Origin: Xylanibacter ruminicola 23
GTDB taxonomy: Bacteria; Bacteroidota; Bacteroidia; Bacteroidales; Bacteroidaceae
Assembly: GCF_000025925.1 (NCBI RefSeq)
Contig: NC_014033.1
Coordinates: 1,860,001-1,892,000, forward strand
Direction: 5' to 3'
DNA length: 32,000 bases
Position 1 is the first letter of the stretch, and each line of letters begins with the position of its first letter. The notes under the pieces are model-generated. The model saw only the letters and a program-made list of their open reading frames with translations, did not search any database and had not been told where the DNA came from. The position numbers and the translations under genes are program-made. Shown here piece after piece: positions 19,372 through 28,155 of this stretch.

Positions 19372-22300
19372 ATGAACTTCAAACAAACCCTCATACTGTG
19401 CCTGCTCAGCATCAGTAGCATGCTATCGGCACAAAACAAGATTCTAACCAACAGCCGCCATATCAGTTCGGCCGATGGCCTGCCAAGCAATCAGATATTC
19501 GACATGACACAGGATGCCGACGGCTATATCTGGATGGCCGCCGCCAACGGCTTGTGCCGATACGATGGCTACCACTTCTACAACATCTATAACCTGGGGC
19601 CCGAAAGCGACCCTATCCATGGCGTGGTGGGCTACGTGTTCCCCGACGACGATAAGCGCCACCTGTGGATGCGCACCAGTACCTACGTGTATTGCTGTTA
19701 CGATCTGCATGCAGGCTGCTTTATCGACTTTACCAACAAAGGCGACCATGCCCGCACCTATCGCAGATTTATACGTGGCAAGCAGGGTGTGGTATGGATG
19801 TTCGACGATGAGAGCGGTGTGCGCCGCGTAAAGGGTAATACCGACGGCCCCGTGAACTGTACCGACTATACCAAGGCTAATGGCGGACTGCCCATCAACC
19901 ACGTGAACGACGCTTTCGAAGATACACAGGCCCGCCTGTGGGCCATGACCTCATCGGGCATCACCATCATTGATGCCAAAGGCAAGGCGCGCACCATTGC
20001 CAAGGGCATCTTCTTCCGTCGCGGCATACAGATTGGCCGACAGATGCTGGCACTGACCAACACTGGACTGGTTTACACCTTCGATGAGCAGGGTCGCGAA
20101 TTGCGACGCATACCCATCGCTGCCGACGTGAACAATATCAATATGGTAACCGCCAGTTTCCAGTGGCACGGTTGCTGGATGATTATGACCAACAACCAGA
20201 CGATTATGGTTAACCCCAAACAGGGCACTGCAGCTGCCACCGAGCAGTATCACGTGCGTAGCGGTGCCGTGATGGAAGGATTGACCAACGACGATAACTA
20301 CTTTGTGAGCAACAGCACAGGTATACTGTACGTGTTCCCCGCCCAGGGCGACATGCGCGTGCTGAACCTGATGCAGGGCGTGAAATCAACCGTTGAACGT
20401 TTCCGTCGTTATAATATTAAGAAAGGTGCCGACGGCCAGTACTACATTGCCAGCTATGGTAACGGTCTGTTTGTGTACGACATCCAAAACGACCGCCTGC
20501 AGCACTATTCGGCCACATCGCCATGGGCTATCGTAGGCAACAGCTATCTGAACAACATCCTCATCGACCGCAGTGGCTGCATCTGGCTGAGCGAGGAGTC
20601 AACAGGACTCACCTGTATTCTGCCTCCCGACAAGACCAACGCCGACTATTTCTACCCGCAACCCAACCGTAAGGGCGATTGGAGTAATTTTGTGCGTATG
20701 GTAACCTACACGGGTGGCAACCGCGTACTGCTGAGCACGCGCGACAACATGCTGTACGAGCTGAACCCCACCTCGTGGCAAAGCGCCACAGCCACCACGC
20801 TGCCTGCTGCTGTTTACGCTTATTACAAGGACAGTCATGGCCACCAGTGGATGGGCACTCGCGGTGGCGGATTGTACATCGATGGTAAGCCCATCGAATT
20901 CCCATCCAGTCAGATATACGATATTACCGAAGACCCATTAGGCCGATTGTGGATTGCCACCTGGGGCGACGGACTGTTTGTGGTGCGCCTGGAGGCCGAC
21001 GGACTGCTGAACATCACACATCTGATGAAGCGCTCGTACAACGAGAGTCTGATACGTATCATACGCGCCGACAACCGTCACCACTACTGGCTGGCCACCA
21101 ACAACGGCGTGTATCATATCGATATGCTGAAGAAAACGCTGACCGACGACGATTTCATCAGTCATAACATCCAGCACGGCGACTTCCCCTTCGACGAGAT
21201 CTCATGTCTGATGCCCGACTCGGCTGGCAACATCTGGGTAGGCGGTCGTGGTGGTGGCTTGCAGAAGTGCCGCTACCAGGATGGCAAGTTCAGTATCCAG
21301 CAGGGCTACACCACCCACGATGGTTTGATTACCAACAATATCCTGAGCGTAACCTCCGACCGTCAAGGCAACGTGTGGGCAGGTACCGACAACGGCATTA
21401 CCTGTATCCGCAAGGATGGCAAGGTAAACTCGTATCAATTCGGTCATACACTCGAGAGCAACATCTATAGCGAGAACAGTACTGCTATGCTGCCCGATGG
21501 ACGACTGCTGTTTGGTACAGCCTACGGTATGATGATTCTGGAACCAGAGCGACTGAATGCCAGCACACCCGAGAAGGCTGGTCGACCCATCATCACCATG
21601 GTGAGCATTGATGGTGTGGCACGTTACCTTACCACCAGCGACCGCCGATTGGTACTGAGTCACGACCAGAACTCTATCGAATTAGGATTCTCGAACCTCG
21701 ACTATGCCGGCATCGCCTCTACCCAATACCGCTATTATATGGAGGGATTGGAACACGACTGGCGACAGCTTACCAGCGACAACAGTGCCCGCTACAACGG
21801 GTTGCCACCAGGCACCTACCAGTTCCACCTGAGTTCGCTGAACAAGAACAACCAGTGGAGCGAGGAGTATGTGTTTACGGTGATTATCCGTCAGCCTTGG
21901 TACAACACCTGGTGGGCTTGGCTCATCTACCTGTTTATTATTGGCATACTGTGCTGGTACTTCTACCGCTCATGGCGACGTAACTTCGAACTCGACCAGC
22001 AGATACGTGTGGAGAAAGAGCTTACCACCTTCCGTTTGAACTTCTTTACCCACATCGCCCACGAGTTCCGCACACCATTGGCCATCATCAGCGGTGCCGC
22101 CGACAAGCTCACCCAGAAGGGTAACGATACACAGGTATCGCGTTCGGCCGTGCAGACGGTGCGCCGAGGCACGCTGCGACTTACCAAACTAGTTAACCAG
22201 CTGATGGAGTTCCGACGTATCAACACAGGTAACCAGCGTTTGGCTGTGGTTGAGGACGACATCATCAAACTGGCACGTACTACCTGCGACGAGTTCCGCG

Positions 22301-23586
22301 AGGTGGCAGCCCGCAAGGATCAGTCGCTCACCTTTACCCCATTCGCCCATCAGCACCGACTGACGTTCGACCCGCACTTGATCGAGACCATTCTCTACAA
22401 CCTGCTCTCGAATGCTATCAAATACACCCCACAAGGTGGCAGCATCAGTCTGAAGGCCAAGCTTTCCGACGATCAGCAGCAACTGCAACTGATAGTAGAG
22501 GATAGTGGTCCTGGCATCAGCGAGCTGCAGATACCACAGCTCTACCAGCCCTTTATGCACGGCTACGTATCGCAAGGTGGTATGGGCATCGGATTGTACA
22601 CCGCCTATCAGTCGGCTCTGCTCCACAAGGGACGTTTAGCCTACGAGCGCATTGCTGCCGAAGGTGGCTCGCGTTTCATCGTTACCATCCCCGCCACTGC
22701 TGATGTTTATAGTGCCGACGACTATGCCGGCAGTACCGCCGTGAACACCCAGTACGAGCCCGAGCCTACGCCCGACCATATCCGTGAGCTGGCCCCCGTG
22801 GCCTTTAACGAGAACTATACCGTGGCTATCATCGAGGACGATCCCGACATGCTCGACCAGATTCGTGAGAGTGTGGGTCGCTATTTCCGTACCATCAGTT
22901 ACACCGAGGGAAAGAAGGCGCTGAGCGATATCGGCGAGCAGCAGCCAAGTCTGATTCTGTGCGATGTGATGCTGCCCGATGTAAACGGCTTTGAGATTGT
23001 GCGCCAGCTGCGTGCCAATGAGGCTACACGCAACACACCGATGATTATGCTTACCGCACTGGATGGCGACGACCAGCTGCTGCGTGGATACAAGGCCGGC
23101 GCCGACGACTATATGGTAAAGCCATGCAACTTTGAACTGCTGGTACTGCGCATTACCCAGCTGATTCAGTGGTACGGCCGCTTACATCAGAATGCACAAT
23201 CGCCAATGGTCAATGGTCAATCTTCAATGGTCAATGTCAATGCCCCCATCATCACCGACGAGGCCGACCAGCGTTTCCGTGAAAAGATGGAAACCATCGT
23301 GGCTCAGCGCTTAGGCGATGCCGACTTTAATGTAGATACCCTCGCCTCGCTGCTAAAAATGGGTCGCACCAAGTTCTATGGTAAGATGAAGGAGTTTACA
23401 GGCATGTCGCCCAATAGCTATCTGCAGAACGAACGATTGAAGCGTGCCGCCGAACTGCTTATCGAGGGCGATCTGAACGTTACCGAAGTAAGCTACAAAG
23501 TTGGTTTCCAATCGCCCACCTACTTCTACAAGTGCTTCAAAGAAAAGTACGGTGTTCCCCCCAGCAAATTCGGGAAAAGCAAATAA
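19372..23586 (+). CDS. Hybrid two-component system sensor kinase/response regulator with AraC output (HTCS), PUL regulator
   Basis: 1404 aa. It has a signal peptide, a periplasmic beta-propeller repeat region and a TM segment (WWAWLIYLFIIGILCWYFY). Kinase motifs: H-box FFTHIAHEFRTPL, N-box YNLLSNAIKYT, G1 EDSGPGI. Receiver domain (VAIIEDDPDM..LILCDVMLP). C-terminal AraC HTH (VSYKVGFQSPTYFYKCFKEKYG). Confidence 0.92.
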   Translation: MNFKQTLILCLLSISSMLSAQNKILTNSRHISSADGLPSNQIFDMTQDADGYIWMAAANGLCRYDGYHFYNIYNLGPESDPIHGVVGYVFPDDDKRHLWMRTSTYVYCCYDLHAGCFIDFTNKGDHARTYRRFIRGKQGVVWMFDDESGVRRVKGNTDGPVNCTDYTKANGGLPINHVNDAFEDTQARLWAMTSSGITIIDAKGKARTIAKGIFFRRGIQIGRQMLALTNTGLVYTFDEQGRELRRIPIAADVNNINMVTASFQWHGCWMIMTNNQTIMVNPKQGTAAATEQYHVRSGAVMEGLTNDDNYFVSNSTGILYVFPAQGDMRVLNLMQGVKSTVERFRRYNIKKGADGQYYIASYGNGLFVYDIQNDRLQHYSATSPWAIVGNSYLNNILIDRSGCIWLSEESTGLTCILPPDKTNADYFYPQPNRKGDWSNFVRMVTYTGGNRVLLSTRDNMLYELNPTSWQSATATTLPAAVYAYYKDSHGHQWMGTRGGGLYIDGKPIEFPSSQIYDITEDPLGRLWIATWGDGLFVVRLEADGLLNITHLMKRSYNESLIRIIRADNRHHYWLATNNGVYHIDMLKKTLTDDDFISHNIQHGDFPFDEISCLMPDSAGNIWVGGRGGGLQKCRYQDGKFSIQQGYTTHDGLITNNILSVTSDRQGNVWAGTDNGITCIRKDGKVNSYQFGHTLESNIYSENSTAMLPDGRLLFGTAYGMMILEPERLNASTPEKAGRPIITMVSIDGVARYLTTSDRRLVLSHDQNSIELGFSNLDYAGIASTQYRYYMEGLEHDWRQLTSDNSARYNGLPPGTYQFHLSSLNKNNQWSEEYVFTVIIRQPWYNTWWAWLIYLFIIGILCWYFYRSWRRNFELDQQIRVEKELTTFRLNFFTHIAHEFRTPLAIISGAADKLTQKGNDTQVSRSAVQTVRRGTLRLTKLVNQLMEFRRINTGNQRLAVVEDDIIKLARTTCDEFREVAARKDQSLTFTPFAHQHRLTFDPHLIETILYNLLSNAIKYTPQGGSISLKAKLSDDQQQLQLIVEDSGPGISELQIPQLYQPFMHGYVSQGGMGIGLYTAYQSALLHKGRLAYERIAAEGGSRFIVTIPATADVYSADDYAGSTAVNTQYEPEPTPDHIRELAPVAFNENYTVAIIEDDPDMLDQIRESVGRYFRTISYTEGKKALSDIGEQQPSLILCDVMLPDVNGFEIVRQLRANEATRNTPMIMLTALDGDDQLLRGYKAGADDYMVKPCNFELLVLRITQLIQWYGRLHQNAQSPMVNGQSSMVNVNAPIITDEADQRFREKMETIVAQRLGDADFNVDTLASLLKMGRTKFYGKMKEFTGMSPNSYLQNERLKRAAELLIEGDLNVTEVSYKVGFQSPTYFYKCFKEKYGVPPSKFGKSK
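23202..23242. repeat. Heptamer micro-array (about 6 units: gccaatg gtcaatg gtcaatc ttcaatg gtcaatg tcaatg) inside the HTCS ORF
   Basis: Read directly. It is translated as SPMVNGQSSMVNVN in the linker between the receiver and AraC domains. Confidence 0.9.
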
Positions 23587-23587
23587 C

Positions 23588-23624
23588 ATTCCCCTCCTTG
23601 AACTGACCAAGGAGGGGAATTTTT
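23588..23624. terminator. Bidirectional intrinsic terminator between the convergent HTCS and amidase genes
   Basis: A perfect 13-bp stem, attcccctccttg (23588-23600) / caaggaggggaat (23608-23620), with a 7-nt loop, followed by TTTT. Confidence 0.8.
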
Positions 23625-24045
23625 AAGGCTGCAGATCAGCGTACTCTTTTGTAACACTCTCGATACACGGGCAGGCCTTCATCGGGTTCAGGTCGTGGTG
23701 ACCTACGATCACCGCCTTGGGGTAACGACTGTGCAACTCGGTTAACAGCTGTCGCAAGGCTGCTTTCTGTTCCGGTGTGCGGGTGTCGGCTGGCAGATCC
23801 AGACAGTTCAAACCGCCCTCGTAGCACACCCCGATAGAGTACTTATTGTGGTTCTTGCAGTGTGCCCCAACCATCCATTCCGGCCTACCCTGCTCTATCT
23901 GTCCGTTACGACGCACCACGTAATGGTAGCCAATGCCGAGCTTAAAGCCTCGCTGGCGATGCCAGGTATCTATCTGGGCAACCGAGGATGTCTGGTTGGT
24001 TCGCACTGCCGAACAATGAATCACGATGAGGGTTATCGTCCGCAT
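23623..24045 (-). CDS. N-acetylmuramoyl-L-alanine amidase (Amidase_2 / AmpD-PGRP fold)
   Basis: 140 aa. LIVIHCSA..., GIGYHYVVRRNG, VGAHCKNHN.SIGVCYEGG and GHHDL..KACPC fit the zinc amidase_2 motif pattern. Confidence 0.8.
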   Translation of the reverse strand: MRTITLIVIHCSAVRTNQTSSVAQIDTWHRQRGFKLGIGYHYVVRRNGQIEQGRPEWMVGAHCKNHNKYSIGVCYEGGLNCLDLPADTRTPEQKAALRQLLTELHSRYPKAVIVGHHDLNPMKACPCIESVTKEYADLQP

Positions 24046-24179
24046 GACTGCACAGCAATAGTTCCCAGAACTGTTGTAATCACTGTTGCCACAAATCGCA
24101 ACACCTTAGCTACTCTATTCCAATTTACTTTTACCATAAAATCTACTTTTTAATACGTTAATAATCTTTTTCACAACCA

Positions 24180-24736
24180 CCCAACCCTCCTTCATCCTAA
24201 GGAGTTTTTCCATCACCCCCTAGCCCCCTCTTCATAAGATGGAGTCTCGACTCTTTTCCCCACCCCTTTCCCTATCCCAGGAAAAGGGGCTTAACCGCTC
24301 CTCCTGTCGCTCTTTCATTAAGGTACGCTCAGGGCATCAAAGCCCTGGCGTGTTTTTCCTTAATGGGGGCCAGCCCCCAAACCCCTGTTCGAAAACATTC
24401 TTGCGTCCCTTCGGTAGCAAGCGAGCAGAGCTCGTAACCGCACTTCGTGCTTCATGTTTACTCACTACGTTCGAAAACATTCCGCACGAGGAGGTCTTTA
24501 GAGGAATGCAAATTCTTTGAATCGATATTGAGTCTCAGATTGCCCTCTGGCAATCTGAGCAACGAAATACGAGAAGCTGTTTGAGCGGAGCGAGTTCTTC
24601 GAGTGATTTGAAGAATTTGTGTTCCGGCCTCCGAGCTCAGGACGTTTTCGCACTCTTTCTTTTGCTTCGGTTTTCTTTCTGGTGACAGAAAGAAAATGAA
24701 GGAAGGGGGTTGCAGGGGGCTTCCCCCTGCTATGGC
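24180..24736. other. Long structured non-coding region (candidate ncRNA or decayed repeat cluster)
   Basis: There is no credible ORF. Hairpins lie at 24316-24365 (8+4+6 bp), 24534-24559 (11 bp), 24671-24696 (10 bp) and 24712-24730 (8 bp). A 14-nt direct repeat, gttcgaaaacattc, occurs at 24387 and 24469. Confidence 0.3.
24671..24730 (-). terminator. Tandem hairpins downstream of the HU-like gene
   Basis: gcaggggg-ctt-ccccctgc (24712-24730) starts 7 nt after the stop, followed by ttttctttct-ggtgac-agaaagaaaa (24671-24696). Confidence 0.5.
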
Positions 24737-25309
24737 TTAGTCACCAATTGGTTCAGTACCGCCACCTGAGGTATTACCGCCACCACCTGTGTTACCACCA
24801 TTGCTTGGTGTGCTACCACCACCGGTAGAAGGTGAGTCATTCTCCGGCTCTGGGCGCAGCGAGGTGTCGTGAGTCTCCTCAAACACCACATCCTTCAACA
24901 AGGTCTTGGCATTCACATACTTCTGAACCACCTTACCGTTCTTCTCTGCAGAACCGGTTACGATACGCTCCACCTCGGGCTGGAACAGCACACGACGAGA
25001 GGTGATGGTGCTCGCAGTACAATTGTTGGCGTCGGACACACCGATACTCGAGAATCCTACCTTGAAGATGCCGATACCTGACAGACGAATCTTCTGTCCC
25101 ATCTCCAGGAAGTGCTTCATAGCAGCTCCCAGCTCGTCGAGAGCCGCCTTGATGTCGCTACGCTTCAGCGTGGCCTGTGTCTGGATAAAGTCGGCAATCT
25201 CGTCGGTCTCGATAAACTTCTGGTCGTACACTGGCTGTGCGTAGTACTTCAGATAACTCTTCGCATTGTGAGAGTTCATGTTCTGTGTCTTGATAAATTT
25301 CTGTGACAT
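24737..25309 (-). CDS. HU-like DNA-binding protein (Bacteroidales HU_HIG type) with Gly-rich tail
   Basis: 190 aa. The core LDELGAAMKHFLEMGQKIRLSGIGIFKVGFSS resembles the HU/IHF fold. The C-terminal tail is low-complexity: GGGSTPSNGGNTGGGGNTSGGG. Confidence 0.7.
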   Translation of the reverse strand: MSQKFIKTQNMNSHNAKSYLKYYAQPVYDQKFIETDEIADFIQTQATLKRSDIKAALDELGAAMKHFLEMGQKIRLSGIGIFKVGFSSIGVSDANNCTASTITSRRVLFQPEVERIVTGSAEKNGKVVQKYVNAKTLLKDVVFEETHDTSLRPEPENDSPSTGGGSTPSNGGNTGGGGNTSGGGTEPIGD

Positions 25310-25368
25310 AATGATTAATGTTTAATGTTTAATGTTTAATGTAAAATGGTTATGGTTTATGGTTCGTG
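25310..25368. repeat. Heptamer micro-array (about 8 units: aatg attaatg tttaatg x3 taaaatg gttatg gtttatg gttcgtg) abutting the HU-like start codon
   Basis: Read directly. It begins at the base after the CAT (ATG) at 25307-25309. Confidence 0.85.
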
Positions 25369-25608
25369 AGCGGGGGTGATGTTGGGGTGGATGCTGACGT
25401 TTCTACAGCTCGAAGCTCAGTCACTTTGCGGTCGAAGATGAGTTACTTTCCCCTCCTAAACTATCGTCGGAACAACGCGTAGTTGACTTCGGAACGGGCA
25501 GAAGATAACGTTCGGACCACCCAAAACTATCATGGATCACTTGCCTTACCGAGTACAAAGATACAACATTCTGAAATACTACTGGCGCACTATGGCGCAC
25601 TCGGGCGC

Positions 25609-25833
25609 TCACGGCTTAACTTTTATGATTTTTCTCTTAGGTAGGTCGATATCAAGCTCTTTGCTCAGATATTTTACGGCCCATGGCGGTAACAGTCGCG
25701 CTTTAGGACCAACGCCCATGGCAGTGAGCGCAGGCTGATGCAAACTAATCCAACGAGTAAAAGTACGTCGTGGAGCACCCACCATAGCTCGTAGCTCCTT
25801 CTTATAGTACGATCTTACTTCTAATTCTTCCAT
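25609..25833 (-). CDS. Small DUF4248-like HTH protein
   Basis: 74 aa. YYKKELRAMVGAPRRTFTRWI...LLPPWAVKYL resembles the small proteins that sit between HU-like and VirE-type genes in Bacteroidales. Confidence 0.55.
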   Translation of the reverse strand: MEELEVRSYYKKELRAMVGAPRRTFTRWISLHQPALTAMGVGPKARLLPPWAVKYLSKELDIDLPKRKIIKVKP

Positions 25834-25858
25834 AATGTTTAATATTTAATTTTTAATG
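25834..25858. repeat. Heptamer micro-array (aatg tttaata tttaatt tttaatg) abutting the DUF4248-like start codon
   Basis: Read directly. It begins at the base after the CAT at 25831-25833. Confidence 0.8.
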
Positions 25859-25937
25859 TATGACACATTTGACAGATTAATTTATAAAAGTTACGTGCGT
25901 ACCGTGTAGGTGCGTGCGCGGTACGCGCGAGGCATTC

Positions 25938-27332
25938 CTAAAACAATGCGTCAAATGTGTCAAAAATGGTTTCGCCGCTTATCACCGATACCTCGTCCTC
26001 TGGCTTGGCTTCCTGGGCCATCAGGGTTCTGTTCAGGTCGATATCGGCACCACTATACGCCACCACGTTATAGCCACGCTCACCACGTGAGCGCACACTT
26101 ACAAAGCCCATGGCCTTCATGGCACGCCCCAGCTTGTTGGGTGTCAATCGGTGTATCAGCAAGCCGCCAATGGTTTGCATAATCTCCGAGGCACTCACAA
26201 ACACGCACGGTTCGTTCTTAGCAGGCACACGATAGAACTTGCTTACCAGTTCGCGCTCGGGTTTCGACACCTCGAACCGTTTGTTATGCAGCTGCACAAC
26301 ATCCATTTCCTTTTTCTCAAACCAGTAGTGGAACCCCTGCAGATACAGAGCATAGGCCTGGGCAAAGATCTCTTCGTGATGGATAGGATACTCGTAGGGC
26401 GAACGGATACTCTCCACCTCGAACGGTAACCAGCGGCGTGTACCCGTGTCGTCGTCGATAAACTGCAGGTTGTTACTGGTACCACAGTAGCTGGCTATGT
26501 GTACACGCCGTTCCGAATTGTGCGCATACGGTTTGCGGGCATCGGTAGCTTTTGTGGTCACAGCCCATTTCAGCCTACTCATTGCCTCTGTCTTCAGCGC
26601 ATCTATCTCATCCAGACAAATCAGTCCGAACGATGATAGTTTCAGCACCTCGTCCTTATCCATCTTACCGAAAGTAGAAGTAGAGTGGAAATAGGCCGAC
26701 AGTTCGGGAGGTATCAGACTCTCAAGCCAACGGGTTTTGTAGATACCCTGTTCGCCTACCAGCACCAGCACCTCCTCGTTCACCACTTTCTCCTCCAGCC
26801 ACCCTGCCACCACACCCACCAACCATTTGCGCAAACAGGCGTAAAACAGCAGTTGCTCGTCAGTACCGCCCTTTACTTGTACATCCATCGCCAGCGAGAA
26901 TATGGGGTTAGTCGTCTCGTCCCACGGCGGCAGTCGGGCCAGATAGGCTTTCAGCGGATTATACAACGGCACAAAATCAGAGTCGATAACCTGCCAGATT
27001 TTCTTGGGATTCACATCCTTTTGTTTCGACAGCATACTGCACAGCGAGTTCACCACCCTGTCGCTAATCTCGAACCATTGGCCAGGCAATCGCCATTCTT
27101 CCAATGGCGTTTTGCCCGTGGGATATTTAATCCCCATGGCCGCATACTCGCTGATTTCGGGCACTCGGAATTCGTCCTTACCCGTTATCACATTGTGACG
27201 CAGGTAGAGCGTGCTCATCAGGAAGTTTTGTATATCCTCCTCGGTGGCACGCACCTCGCGCCAGTTCTTTTTGTGAAAAGCGTCCCCTTGGGCCGAGCGT
27301 TGCTTATGCTCCTTTTGTTCGTTCTTAGTCAT
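25938..27332 (-). CDS. VirE/VapE-type primase-helicase-like P-loop NTPase of mobile-element origin
   Basis: 464 aa. Walker A-like LVGEQGIYKTRWLESL and Walker B LICLDEID, with an N-terminal region typical of Bacteroidales VirE_N/DUF3987-type proteins. Confidence 0.65.
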   Translation of the reverse strand: MTKNEQKEHKQRSAQGDAFHKKNWREVRATEEDIQNFLMSTLYLRHNVITGKDEFRVPEISEYAAMGIKYPTGKTPLEEWRLPGQWFEISDRVVNSLCSMLSKQKDVNPKKIWQVIDSDFVPLYNPLKAYLARLPPWDETTNPIFSLAMDVQVKGGTDEQLLFYACLRKWLVGVVAGWLEEKVVNEEVLVLVGEQGIYKTRWLESLIPPELSAYFHSTSTFGKMDKDEVLKLSSFGLICLDEIDALKTEAMSRLKWAVTTKATDARKPYAHNSERRVHIASYCGTSNNLQFIDDDTGTRRWLPFEVESIRSPYEYPIHHEEIFAQAYALYLQGFHYWFEKKEMDVVQLHNKRFEVSKPERELVSKFYRVPAKNEPCVFVSASEIMQTIGGLLIHRLTPNKLGRAMKAMGFVSVRSRGERGYNVVAYSGADIDLNRTLMAQEAKPEDEVSVISGETIFDTFDALF

Positions 27333-27362
27333 CTTTTTTCTGTTTATGATTGAAACACGTCA

Positions 27363-27370
27363 CAAAGTTA
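27363..27370 (-). promoter_or_regulatory. -7 promoter box TAACTTTG for the VirE-type gene
   Basis: The reverse complement of caaagtta matches TAnnTTTG, 31 nt upstream of the ATG at 27332. Confidence 0.35.
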
Positions 27371-27451
27371 CTGATAATTTCAGCAACCATCACAAAATTA
27401 ACAAACAGAAACGTTACTTAAAATGATGTTAAAAGGGGCGGTATCCAACCA

Positions 27452-27748
27452 TCAGAACTCGGCATGTATCTCCACATCCTCAAAGCCGGGCACCGTAATG
27501 CTGATGCTGGCTGTGCGGATATTCTGCATGATATCGGGGTACAACGGATCGGAAACAGCCGATGGAGTGGCCGTAACATAGCCATCCACCTTGGTTGCAA
27601 AACGCTGTACACTATCGGCCGCTACTGTTCCGAGGGCCAACGACTCCTGATAAAACTTCACCATCTGTGGTGTTGAAACCTGATCTTCTGTTACCTGTTC
27701 GCAACTTATCACCAAACAGGCCGAGATGATTAAAAATAGTTTGCGCAT
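27452..27748 (-). CDS. Small lipoprotein, unknown function
   Basis: 98 aa with a lipobox (MRKLFLIISACLVISC). It has its own TATCTTTG box at 27784-27791 on the minus strand. Confidence 0.55.
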   Translation of the reverse strand: MRKLFLIISACLVISCEQVTEDQVSTPQMVKFYQESLALGTVAADSVQRFATKVDGYVTATPSAVSDPLYPDIMQNIRTASISITVPGFEDVEIHAEF

Positions 27749-27834
27749 AAGTAATTTTTTTAATTATTATTGCATTCGGGGTGCAAAGATACAAAAAATA
27801 TGGCACAAACCGGCATAAAAAGCATAAAAAATCA

Positions 27835-28149
27835 TCATAGCAATAGTGTTTTTAGCGAGGCAAACGAGGGGTTGAGGTTTGAGTTAAGGGTGAGCCAACG
27901 AATCAGGTCGTTTTTGCGAAAGCCACGGGCCATGATGTCAGGGCGTGCCAACAGGGCGCCCAGCTCCTGATAGATGATTTTCTTGCTGCCGCGCGGCAGG
28001 TCGCAGCGAAAATCCAGACGCTCTATCAGGCGCGCATGGCGGGGCGGGGTTTGCAACATGGGCGCAAGGCGACTGATCATCGCATCGTACTCCCGGTAAT
28101 ACTCACAATTTAAATAGTTGACTAACAGTCGGTTAGATTTGAATTTCAT
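27835..28149 (-). CDS. Hypothetical protein (104 aa), no recognisable motif
   Basis: An ATG-initiated ORF co-oriented with its neighbours. No family was recognised. Confidence 0.4.
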   Translation of the reverse strand: MKFKSNRLLVNYLNCEYYREYDAMISRLAPMLQTPPRHARLIERLDFRCDLPRGSKKIIYQELGALLARPDIMARGFRKNDLIRWLTLNSNLNPSFASLKTLLL

Positions 28150-28155
28150 TTTGCC

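Noticed and set aside
24239-24520. 93-aa plus-strand ORF in the long intergenic region
   Set aside because: The product is low-complexity and Pro/Ser/Leu-rich, and the ORF overlaps several hairpins and repeats. No promoter box or motif was found, so it is more likely non-coding.
25369-25608. Possible tRNA or small RNA between the DUF4248-like and HU-like genes
   Set aside because: No cloverleaf-compatible arms or conserved tRNA boxes could be found by eye. Only a short direct repeat (tggcgcact x2) is present.
3841-25858. Heptamer arrays as CRISPR arrays or as classical tandem-repeat protein domains
   Set aside because: The units are only 7 nt with no spacers, so this is not CRISPR. The periodicity is at the nucleotide level (7 is not a multiple of 3) and appears on both strands and in non-coding DNA, so it is not a protein repeat.
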